Below, piece by piece: positions 20,345 through 28,729 of a DNA stretch of 64,000 nt. Below the pieces are notes generated by a model, which worked only from the letters and a program-made list of their open reading frames with translations, made no database searches and was not told the origin of the DNA. The position numbers were made by a program, and so were the translations under genes. Source of the DNA: Armatimonadota bacterium (lineage in GTDB: Bacteria > Armatimonadota > SYMT01). The stretch lies in contig JAWLHY010000001.1 in the NCBI GenBank assembly GCA_041690135.1, positions 1,408,001 through 1,472,000 of the forward strand, read 5' to 3'. Each line of letters opens with the position of its first letter. The stretch's first letter is position 1.

Positions 20345-20707
20345 ATGTTAGTTCCTCTGCTTCTTACGGCGCTTAAGGGAAATCTGAAGTCGGTGGTTAG
20401 CGGCACCCTGAGTGACCTGGGGCAACGGGGTGTGGACGAGAAGATGACCGCCGCCATTCCGGTAATCGTGGCGGAGATGGAGTCGGACGGCGCCACGCCG
20501 GCCGACCTGGAACTCCGGCAGGTGGTCCGAGGCGCCATGTTCCGCTTGTGGAAGGTGGTGGTCAACAATGGCCACGCGGCCGATGCCTTCCGGGACGCGC
20601 AGGACGACAAGGTGGTCGCCGCGGTCCTGGTAGCGATCAACCGTGAGACACCGCTTGCCGAGATCGTAACGAAGACCAAGGACGAGATCATCTCCCTGAC
20701 CTTCTGA
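20345..20707 (+). CDS. Hypothetical all-helical protein (120 aa)
   Basis: RBS AAGGAG; coding-like GC3 bias; no recognised motif. Confidence 0.75.
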   Translation: MLVPLLLTALKGNLKSVVSGTLSDLGQRGVDEKMTAAIPVIVAEMESDGATPADLELRQVVRGAMFRLWKVVVNNGHAADAFRDAQDDKVVAAVLVAINRETPLAEIVTKTKDEIISLTF

Positions 20708-20874
20708 GGTCCGCGAGAGGGTCGGAAATAGCGCGGCAGCCCGCAGCCAGAACGTCCCGGCTGCGGGCTATGTCCGTTTAGGTAGCGTTCCGCGGCGGCC
20801 ATTCCACCGGGGCTTTGTCGGAATGCGGTACAATTCTTGTGTCGCGATCTCGCACCCGCGGTAGGATCACGCCC

Positions 20875-22065
20875 ATGCCGTCCGCAGCCTCCCATCCAGA
20901 CCTGCGCCAAAATCATGCATGCCCGCGTTCTATCCGAACGCCGGCCCGGTTGCTCGGGCCGGTGGCGGTGCTGCTCGCTATGGCCTTGCCTGGGGCGGCC
21001 GACCCGATCCCCTCTTACGTCAAGCTCCCCGAAGACGTGCGCGCGGAGGTACGGGCCCTGGATCAGGCTCGGGGACGAGCGACAGGGCCGCTCACCGCAG
21101 CCCAACTCCGGCGCTTCGCGGGGTCACTGCCTCGGCCCCCCACGCAAAAGGGACAACTCTACTTCGCGGTCGCCTCCGCGGACCTGTCGCTCTTTGACGC
21201 GTTGGCGGGCGGTTCCCGATCCGAGGGCGCGCAAGACCCGGAGACCGGGATGACAGCCCTGATGATCGCGGCGGAGATCGGCCAGTGGGACGCGGCCACC
21301 CGGCTGGTGCGGCTCGTGCGGGGCGACGACGGCGAGTTTGTGTTCCGCTGTGAATACGGGGACGCCTACTACAAGCACCGTTGCGATCGATACGGCTACA
21401 CCGCGCTGATGCACGCGGCTTCCGCCGGGCAGACGGAAATCGTCAACTATCTCCTCAACGCCGGGGCGCCGCCGGACAAGCGGTGCTACGTGGCCCGCTT
21501 CGATGCCCTGCAACTCGCGCAGAATAACCGGCACGATCTCGCCGCGGCCGCCCTCCAGCGCCGGTTGTCCGAACAGGAGGCGCGGCGCCGTGAGGAGCAG
21601 CGCCTTCAGGAAGAGCAGGACCACCAGTTTCTCCATTCCGGCTGGTGGCGTGACATGCTGATGAACAATGGAGACCTGTTCGCCTCCCTGCTGGTGACGG
21701 CGCTCCTCTCGCTGGGCGGTTTCCTGTTCGTGCACGTCACGGTCCGGGGGATGATCGGTCGCGACCGCCGTGAATTATTGGTGGGGCTGCTCACGCGCGC
21801 GTTCGTCGAAGAGGCCGAGCGCGATCCTGGAGCCACGCGCTGGACCTATACCGAGGTCGAGCGCCTGGTGCGCACTTTTGTGGGCGAGCTGCGGTGGCGT
21901 CGTGACTTCATGACGCGCTGGCACCCCGCCCACTGGCCCCCCTCGTTCGATCAGGTGGTTGGAATTGCCCGGGACTATCAGTCGGAAACCGCGGAGTATG
22001 TGTGGAAGACCCTCCGCCCCACCGGTGCGGTTTCGGCGGGCTCCCCTTCAGGGAGTTCCAAATGA
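20875..22065 (+). CDS. Ankyrin-repeat protein with signal-like N-terminus, coiled coil, TM helix and C-terminal domain
   Basis: GMTALMIAAEIG, GYTALMHAASAGQTEIVNYLLNAGA; TM LFASLLVTALLSLGGFLFVHVTV; start uncertain. Confidence 0.82.
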   Translation: MPSAASHPDLRQNHACPRSIRTPARLLGPVAVLLAMALPGAADPIPSYVKLPEDVRAEVRALDQARGRATGPLTAAQLRRFAGSLPRPPTQKGQLYFAVASADLSLFDALAGGSRSEGAQDPETGMTALMIAAEIGQWDAATRLVRLVRGDDGEFVFRCEYGDAYYKHRCDRYGYTALMHAASAGQTEIVNYLLNAGAPPDKRCYVARFDALQLAQNNRHDLAAAALQRRLSEQEARRREEQRLQEEQDHQFLHSGWWRDMLMNNGDLFASLLVTALLSLGGFLFVHVTVRGMIGRDRRELLVGLLTRAFVEEAERDPGATRWTYTEVERLVRTFVGELRWRRDFMTRWHPAHWPPSFDQVVGIARDYQSETAEYVWKTLRPTGAVSAGSPSGSSK

Positions 22066-25007
22066 CCCTGGAGGGTACGAGCACGGGGGGAGACGCACTT
22101 TATGTGCGTGGCTGGTGGGGTCGGACCGTCGAGTACCTTGCCGGGCTGTTCGGCGCTTCCGGGGAAACGGAAGCTTCCCCAGCAGAGGGCGCCGCCGTGG
22201 CGGGAATCGTCCCGGCTGGCACGGCGAAATCGCCGCCTCTCGTGGCCAGCCTCGCCTGGGAACGTGAAGGCCCGCCTCTCTTCGGGCACGATTGGCCCCC
22301 CACCCCCGCCACTTACCAGGCGCCTCAAGGCGAGCGTGCCGCCGCGGCCACCCTCCTCCGGCAGGTCCTGGCGGATGCGACCCAGCCGGTGGTGTGCCTC
22401 CATGGACTTACGGGCATCGGCAAGTCCACGCTGGTCGTGGAAACACTGGAAGACGGTGAGCAGCTCTTCGGCCAGGAGTTCTGCGTTTGGATCAACTGCG
22501 AGCAATACCGCGGCCGGGAGCGGAAGGCGCTGGGAACATTCGTCAGCCAGTACCTGCTGGAGGCGATGCCGGGTCTTCAGCCTGCCGGTAGGACCGGAGC
22601 AGAAGCCGCCGATGTTCTTCCGCTGGAAACGGCGGCCCGCTGTCCCGCCCTGCTGGTGATGGACAACTTCGAGGCGATGCTCGATGCGCAGGACTGTTAC
22701 CAGGGCGACCCCTGGGTCTGGGACCTCCTGCGCCTGCGCACCCGCCAGGCCGCCCGGCGTGGGGGCCCGGGTCTCAAGGTTCTCCTCATCAGTTGGCGCG
22801 CGCCGCGGGACATGGATGCGCAGGGCAACGCGGTGGTGCGTCCCCTGGCGCTGGATGAGGGCCTGAGTGACGCGCAAATGCACGACCTCCTGGATGCGGT
22901 CTGGGCGGGCACGATCCAGGGTAAAGCATTGCGGCGGGCCAGCGGCGAGCAGAAGGCGGAGCTGGTACGCCTCTGTGGCGGCAACCCGGCGGCGCTCAAT
23001 GCAGCTTTGACGGCGCTCCGGTTGCAGGAGGGGATCCGCTCGCTGGAAGATCTGCTGGCGCTACCTTTTCTTCAACTCGTAACAGATAACCAGGGACGGG
23101 AGATCAACCTGCGCCGGTACGTCCGCGAGGTCATGCGCCAGGCACGCCAGAACCCGGAGCGGAGGGCCGTTTTGTACGCCCTGGCCCTCCTGCGTCTCCC
23201 TACCCCCGCGGATGATGCCGAGGACGGTGTGCCGAGCCTGGCCAACCGGGTTCACGCACTGGATGGTCGTGTGGAAGCGGCTGCCGATGATGGACCGGCG
23301 GTAGGCGAAGGGGGAGAGCGCGAGCCGGTTACGGGTGAGAATCGAAAGCGAAGAGCGTTGACGCCTCGCCAGGTGAGACAGCACCTGGAGCGCCTGGCGC
23401 CCGGTTTCGTGCGGGTTCACGACAGCGAGGGAGCGGGGCCGATCACCTACAGCCTGAGTCCCCTTTTCGCCAGTGCCGTCTACGAAGAGCTGCGCGAGGA
23501 ATCGGCTCCCGTCCTGGCGCGGCTGATGGAGGCCACGGCCCAGCACTATCAATCGCTGCTGGAAAACCTTCCCGACGCGCTGCGGCCTGAAGAAACGGGC
23601 GAGCCCGCCGGACCCTCGTCGATGGGCGCGCGCTATCGCCTGGAGACACCCGAATACCGCAAGTACATCGCGGAGTGGCTCCGGGCCATGTTGGGCAATC
23701 CCGAACGGGACCCACAGGAGAACCGCGCCAGCCTCGCGGCGGTCGTGCTGAAATTGCACTGGTGGTGGGCGACGTTCGTGCCGTGGGAAGTGTTCGACCA
23801 CGTGCTATCTACCATCGAGCTCGGTCTGCGCCTGGCCGGGCATCTGCAGACCGACGCGGACTTCGGCGAAGAGCGTCGCTTGGTGGAGAAGTTGCGGGAG
23901 TTCGATGTGCACTGGCCAAAGGAAAGCCGCTGGACGGTTGACCCCGATCCGGTGGAATGTCGCCGGGCGCGGGAAGCGCTCCTGGCGGTGCGTCGTGTTC
24001 TTGACTGTGATTATCCCGTCAACGAAGAAGGTGTCTCCCGCCCCACTCTTACCGGCGATCTGCGGGCGGTGGCGGCGATCACGGATATGTATCTGGGCGA
24101 TCTGTGGCTGTTCGAGTTTCGGTTCGGATCTCGGCAGGCAGCCGTGGTGGACCAGGCGGCCCTCTGGATGCAGAGTGCCCGCCGCCGTTACGCGGGGTCG
24201 GCGCACGACGCTGCCGAGAAGGTCCAGGATGAAGACCTCAGTTGGTCCGAGATCTACGTGATTGCCAGCCAGGGCTACCTGGAATGGGAGCGTGGTGACC
24301 GGCTCGCAGCGCTTCGGTTTGCGCGGGAAGGACTGGAGCGCTGCCTGGCAGCGGACCGCTCCGCGCAGGATGAGGCGGATGATGCGGATGCGGATGACGG
24401 CGGGTACGAGGAGCGGGATGCCCGGGCGAAGGTTTATGTAACGTTGGGTGAGGGCCTTCTGAAAGAAAATCCTCAGCTTGCGTTGGACTGTTTTCGGTTG
24501 GCCCACTGGGAAGCGTTCGCCTATCTGTGGGATCCGCCCACGGATCCGCCGAACGACGACTACACGCTGACGCATTACCGGATCACCTGCGAGCGATTCA
24601 TCCATGCACTGCGATGCGTATTTGCGGAAAGCGAAAGGCCCGAGATGGCGCTCGCGGTGGCACGCCAGACACGCGAGTTCTGGCTGGAATGGAGCCGCGG
24701 TGACTGCCATCCCTGCCCAGCTCCGAGGTTGGATCGGGAAGGGGAAGTGTGGGAGAATCTCCTCCGGGAGTGGTCTCCGCAAGAGCGAGGGTGGCTCACG
24801 CCGGATATCACTCCATCTGACCGCGCCCGTGCGCTGACGCAACAGTACCAGGCATGCGCGGCGGCATTATTTCCTGAACTACCGAACGCAGAGGATCGTG
24901 CGTACCGGGACGCGGCGCGGGCCTTTACCCGGACTCATTTTGCGGAACCGTTTCGGCTCCGAGATAAACTCCTGGATTACGTCCGTTGTCAGTTGGCCGA
25001 AGAATAG
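22062..25007 (+). CDS. STAND/NB-ARC-like P-loop ATPase with helical C-terminal region (NLR-like)
   Basis: Walker A GLTGIGKSTL, Walker B LLVMDNFE, sensor VLLISWR, GxP motif CGGNPAAL; ATGA coupling to ankyrin gene. Confidence 0.85.
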   Translation: MTLEGTSTGGDALYVRGWWGRTVEYLAGLFGASGETEASPAEGAAVAGIVPAGTAKSPPLVASLAWEREGPPLFGHDWPPTPATYQAPQGERAAAATLLRQVLADATQPVVCLHGLTGIGKSTLVVETLEDGEQLFGQEFCVWINCEQYRGRERKALGTFVSQYLLEAMPGLQPAGRTGAEAADVLPLETAARCPALLVMDNFEAMLDAQDCYQGDPWVWDLLRLRTRQAARRGGPGLKVLLISWRAPRDMDAQGNAVVRPLALDEGLSDAQMHDLLDAVWAGTIQGKALRRASGEQKAELVRLCGGNPAALNAALTALRLQEGIRSLEDLLALPFLQLVTDNQGREINLRRYVREVMRQARQNPERRAVLYALALLRLPTPADDAEDGVPSLANRVHALDGRVEAAADDGPAVGEGGEREPVTGENRKRRALTPRQVRQHLERLAPGFVRVHDSEGAGPITYSLSPLFASAVYEELREESAPVLARLMEATAQHYQSLLENLPDALRPEETGEPAGPSSMGARYRLETPEYRKYIAEWLRAMLGNPERDPQENRASLAAVVLKLHWWWATFVPWEVFDHVLSTIELGLRLAGHLQTDADFGEERRLVEKLREFDVHWPKESRWTVDPDPVECRRAREALLAVRRVLDCDYPVNEEGVSRPTLTGDLRAVAAITDMYLGDLWLFEFRFGSRQAAVVDQAALWMQSARRRYAGSAHDAAEKVQDEDLSWSEIYVIASQGYLEWERGDRLAALRFAREGLERCLAADRSAQDEADDADADDGGYEERDARAKVYVTLGEGLLKENPQLALDCFRLAHWEAFAYLWDPPTDPPNDDYTLTHYRITCERFIHALRCVFAESERPEMALAVARQTREFWLEWSRGDCHPCPAPRLDREGEVWENLLREWSPQERGWLTPDITPSDRARALTQQYQACAAALFPELPNAEDRAYRDAARAFTRTHFAEPFRLRDKLLDYVRCQLAEE

Positions 25008-25015
25008 GTGGGAGC

Positions 25016-25759
25016 GTGCTGGAACTTCACGAGATTGAGGGCGTCCTGGATTCGGAGCTGGTGCCGTTTGCCCGACTCATCCAAACGCTCTTCCCGCCCG
25101 AGGAGCAGGTTCTCTTCTCGGAGGTGATCGAGCTGGCGCAGGCGAAATCTCGCGGCGAAGCGAAGGAACACCACTTTCTTACAGCGCGGGATCCCGAGAG
25201 TCGTGAAACAGTCGCCATGGCCTGGTACTGGTTGACTTCCCCTGATCCGGGATCGGATCGGGGTGAGGATCCCACGGATGGAAAGGAGAAGCTGTCGTCT
25301 CCCGGCGTGCCGGACCTGCGTGTGGCGTGGCTGTGGTACATTGCGGTCGATCCCCGGCACCAGTCGCAAGGATGCGGAGGGTGGCTCTACCGCGAAATCT
25401 GCCGCCGAGTCTTCCATGAGCACGGCTGCGGGTTGATGGTCCTGGAAGTCGAGCGGGTCGATGTAGCCGCCCGCCACTCGGAAGCACGGGCGGCGGACGC
25501 GAGACGTCGCCTCCGGTTTTACCAGGACCGGTGCGGAGCGCAGCGATTGGAAGGCATCGAATACATCCAGGAGACGGGTTGGCAACCCGGACTGCCGATG
25601 CACCTGCTGATCCAGTGGCCCGATCCTGCCCGCCCAGGATTATCCGCGGAAGCGTCGTTCCATCTCCTTAAGGGACTGTTCGGAGATCAACTGCGAGGCG
25701 TGGAAGGCGTCTCTCCGTGGCTGGCTGGATCAACAGCGGCTGGATCGACAGTGGAGTAG
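25016..25759 (+). CDS. GNAT family N-acetyltransferase
   Basis: WLWYIAVDPRHQSQGCG (motif A), MVLEVE, RRLRFY; GTG start 8 nt after the STAND stop. Confidence 0.88.
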   Translation: MLELHEIEGVLDSELVPFARLIQTLFPPEEQVLFSEVIELAQAKSRGEAKEHHFLTARDPESRETVAMAWYWLTSPDPGSDRGEDPTDGKEKLSSPGVPDLRVAWLWYIAVDPRHQSQGCGGWLYREICRRVFHEHGCGLMVLEVERVDVAARHSEARAADARRRLRFYQDRCGAQRLEGIEYIQETGWQPGLPMHLLIQWPDPARPGLSAEASFHLLKGLFGDQLRGVEGVSPWLAGSTAAGSTVE

Positions 25760-26460
25760 CTTCCGGGCGGCGGAGGCGGAGGAGCGGCGATCGGACGCGG
25801 CGGAGGCTGGTTCTTCAGCAGGTGATCTACCGTGCGAGAAACGGTGGCGAATTGCGCCGGCCCCACGTTCACGAAGCTCCGATGGACTCTATGATCCTGG
25901 ATGATCAGAACCGTGCTGTCCACCATCGGGTTCAGCGACAACCAGGGCGGCACCGAAGTTGGTTGAAGGTAAAGCAGCGGAATTCTGGTGTGACGCTCGT
26001 CTGCCACCTTCTTGATGTGGCCGACGAGTTCGGTCCCGCCCATAAAGGCGACGCATCCTTCCAGCTTTTCACCTCGCGCCTGGTAGCGGGCCACGAGCGC
26101 ATCGATGTGCGCAGCCAGCCTGGCCGCATGCTCCAGTTCCGGTTTCACGAAGGCGGCGATTACCGGTCCGGAGCGCCAGTCTCACGTGTAGCAGTGTGTT
26201 TTCCCGCGATAGGGCCCCGTAACATCCACCATGGGGCTCGGCCCGATCCCCCATCCTACCGTGGGGCCTGAACGACCGGAGAGGAAATAGGCCCACCTGG
26301 CAACCGGCCGAAAATAGCCCTGCTGACCCAGGATGCCGATCCAGGCACTTGCCGCCAGTCCCACGAGAACTCCGGCCAATCGCTTGCGCCGCATACGCTT
26401 TCTTCTTCCTGCCTTCTTGCGGGCGGAGCGGTCCCGGAAACCTTTCCGGCGCCACGGCAT
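25687..26460 (-). CDS. Putative selenoprotein: membrane-anchored thioredoxin-like protein with CxxU motif (in-frame TGA at 26184-26182 = Sec93)
   Basis: ORFs 26182..26460 and 25687..26148 are in the same frame: DVTGPYRGKTHC-Y-T-[TGA]-DWRSGPVIAAFVK; strong RBS AAGGAGG before 26460. Confidence 0.72.
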
Positions 26461-26765
26461 TCGGCCTCCTTAGTCAGGCACTTAGACGATGTGCCTAGGG
26501 TGTCGTTAATCCGCTCTCTCCTCCAGCCGTTGGTCGCATGCGGCTTTTGGGCTCCGCCCGGCTGGAAGCGCGGGCGCACCACGATGCCGTGCCGCCCGCC
26601 GGCTAGTCACCCCTTCGGACCTACTGGGGGAAGAGATTCGGTCACAGGCCCTCATCGGTCAGGTCCGGGTGCTCGCGGGTCCGTTGAAAACGTAGAACAA
26701 GAGGGGCGCTTCCGGTCGGATAACGGCGGTCCCGATGGTGTGCGGATCGAATAACAGGTGGGCGT

Positions 26766-27482
26766 GTGGTGCAGGCAGGGAACACAGGGGCGGAAGTATC
26801 GCCCATCATCGAAGTGCGCGATCTGAAGGTGAAGCTCGCCCACGGCACCGCAGCCTCCTGGGTCCTGGATATCCCCCACTGGAATGTGCATCCCGGCGAG
26901 CAGGCGGCTCTATTTGGCCGGTCGGGTTGCGGGAAGTCGACTCTCCTCCACGTGCTCTCCGGGGTTCTGATGCCCACCTCCGGCAGCGTCCGGGTCTGCG
27001 GCACGGACCTGACCACGCTCGACGAGGCGAAACGGGATGCTTTTCGCGCGCACAAGATCGGCTATGTCTTCCAGAACCTGAACCTGCTCCCCGGTTACAC
27101 GGCTCTGGAGAACGTGCTCCTGGGTGCGTCCTTCTCCGGTCGCGTGGATCGGGCGAAGGCGGTAAGCCTGCTCAAAGCGATGGATCTTGCCGATCGCCTG
27201 AATCAGCCGCCGAACGCGCTTTCCCTGGGAGAACAACAGCGGGTGGCCGTCGCCCGCGCCCTGGTCAAGGAGCCGGAACTGGTGCTGGCGGACGAGCCGA
27301 CCGCATCGCTCGACCCCCGGAACTCCGCGCGGGTGATCGACCTGTTGCAGGCTGCATGCCGTGGCTGCGGCAGTACCCTGGTGCTGGTGACCCACGAACC
27401 GGAGGTGCTGACGCGTTTCGAGCGACAAGTGCCGTTCCGGGATCTGAACCGTCCGGGCGAAGAAGTGGAGCGCCGGCGGTGA
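26766..27482 (+). CDS. ABC transporter ATP-binding protein (LolD/MacB-type)
   Basis: GRSGCGKST, IGYVFQNLNL, LSLGEQQRVAVARAL, LADEPTASLD, VTH. Confidence 0.95.
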   Translation: MVQAGNTGAEVSPIIEVRDLKVKLAHGTAASWVLDIPHWNVHPGEQAALFGRSGCGKSTLLHVLSGVLMPTSGSVRVCGTDLTTLDEAKRDAFRAHKIGYVFQNLNLLPGYTALENVLLGASFSGRVDRAKAVSLLKAMDLADRLNQPPNALSLGEQQRVAVARALVKEPELVLADEPTASLDPRNSARVIDLLQAACRGCGSTLVLVTHEPEVLTRFERQVPFRDLNRPGEEVERRR

Positions 27483-28723
27483 GTTTCTTGCAGATCCTGC
27501 TGCGCAGTCTCCGGCGGCATCGCCTCTCCGGCGCGCTCGCCCTGCTCAGCACCGCGCTCGGGGTGGCCCTGATTGTGGCGGTCGTCTCCTTCCGCGAACA
27601 GTCGCACCGGCAGTTCGAAACGGAGGGCATGGGCGTCGACGCGATCCTTGCCCCCCGGGGATCGGCGCTGCAGGTGGTGCTCAACAGCCTCTACCACCTG
27701 GATGAAATGCCGGGAACGCTTCCGTGGCGCGAGTACGAGCGCGTCCGGCAGGACGAGTTGGTGGTGGAAGCCTTCCCTTTTGCCACCGGGCACTCCTATT
27801 CCGGATTCCGTGTGAACGCGGTCGAGCCGCGGTTTTTTGCCCGGTTCGAGCACCGTCCCGGGCGGGGCCTTTCGTTCGCGCCCGAAGACGGCGGGCAAGG
27901 CCGTCCGTTCGACGCACGGGGAGAGGCGGTAGCCGGCTGGGCCGCGGCGCGGACGCTAGGTCTGACCGTGGGCCAGACCTTCCATCCCGTGCACGGGGTC
28001 CGCGCGGGAGATCCGCCCCATGCGGAGGACGCGCTGCGCATCGTCGGCATTATGGCGCCCACCGGCACCCCGCACGACCGGGTCCTGTATATCCCGCTGG
28101 CGTCGTTCTACACTCTGGGCGGACACGGTGAGACGGTGGCGCGTATGGCGGATCATCCGGGTGAGCGGGAGATCAGCGGCGTCTACTTGCGCCTTCGGCA
28201 CATCCGGGGCGGCGCCCTACACCCAGGAATCCAGCAGTTAAAATATGAGGTGAACCGCCGCCCCGCGGTCCAACTGGTGGTGCCGAACGAGGTCCTGCCC
28301 CAACTGCTGGATATCATTGGTTGGGCTGACCGGGTCCTCTTCCTGCTGGGAACACTGGTAATTGGACTGGGCGGAGCGTTTCTGTTCGTGGTACTGGTGA
28401 CCGCGCTACGGGAACAACGCCGCGACCTGGCGCTGCTGCGGATGCTCGGAGCGGGTCGAAAAACGGTGTTCGGATTGATCCTGGCCCAGGCTCTACTCCT
28501 CAGCCTGGGCAGCGCTATACTGGGCCTTGCGGCGGGGCATGCCGTGATAGCTTGGGGTAGCCAGGCGGTGGCCCAGGAAACCGGGCTGCGGTTTTCGGAG
28601 GGGTTCCTTTCGACAGCCGATGTCTGGACTATTCCGGCGATGCTGGTGCTGGGCGCGGTGGCCGGTTTGTTTCCGGCAGTCCAGGCCTACCGGATGGACG
28701 TACTAGAAGGGCTGCGAGCATAG
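27479..28723 (+). CDS. ABC transporter permease (MacB/FtsX-type, ZrgC-like)
   Basis: GTGA overlap; RGSALQVVLNSLYHL, VGIMAPTGTPHDR.LY, REQRRDLALLRMLGA, PAVQAYRMD. Confidence 0.92.
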   Translation: MSFLQILLRSLRRHRLSGALALLSTALGVALIVAVVSFREQSHRQFETEGMGVDAILAPRGSALQVVLNSLYHLDEMPGTLPWREYERVRQDELVVEAFPFATGHSYSGFRVNAVEPRFFARFEHRPGRGLSFAPEDGGQGRPFDARGEAVAGWAAARTLGLTVGQTFHPVHGVRAGDPPHAEDALRIVGIMAPTGTPHDRVLYIPLASFYTLGGHGETVARMADHPGEREISGVYLRLRHIRGGALHPGIQQLKYEVNRRPAVQLVVPNEVLPQLLDIIGWADRVLFLLGTLVIGLGGAFLFVVLVTALREQRRDLALLRMLGAGRKTVFGLILAQALLLSLGSAILGLAAGHAVIAWGSQAVAQETGLRFSEGFLSTADVWTIPAMLVLGAVAGLFPAVQAYRMDVLEGLRA

Positions 28724-28729
28724 GGCGTT

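Noticed and set aside
19827-25759. Prophage or integrative element suggested by the XRE regulator
   Set aside because: No integrase, att repeats, tRNA or phage structural genes seen
26735-27478. 662-aa permease ORF starting at 26735
   Set aside because: First 248 codons overlap the ABC ATPase in another frame; true start is GTG 27479
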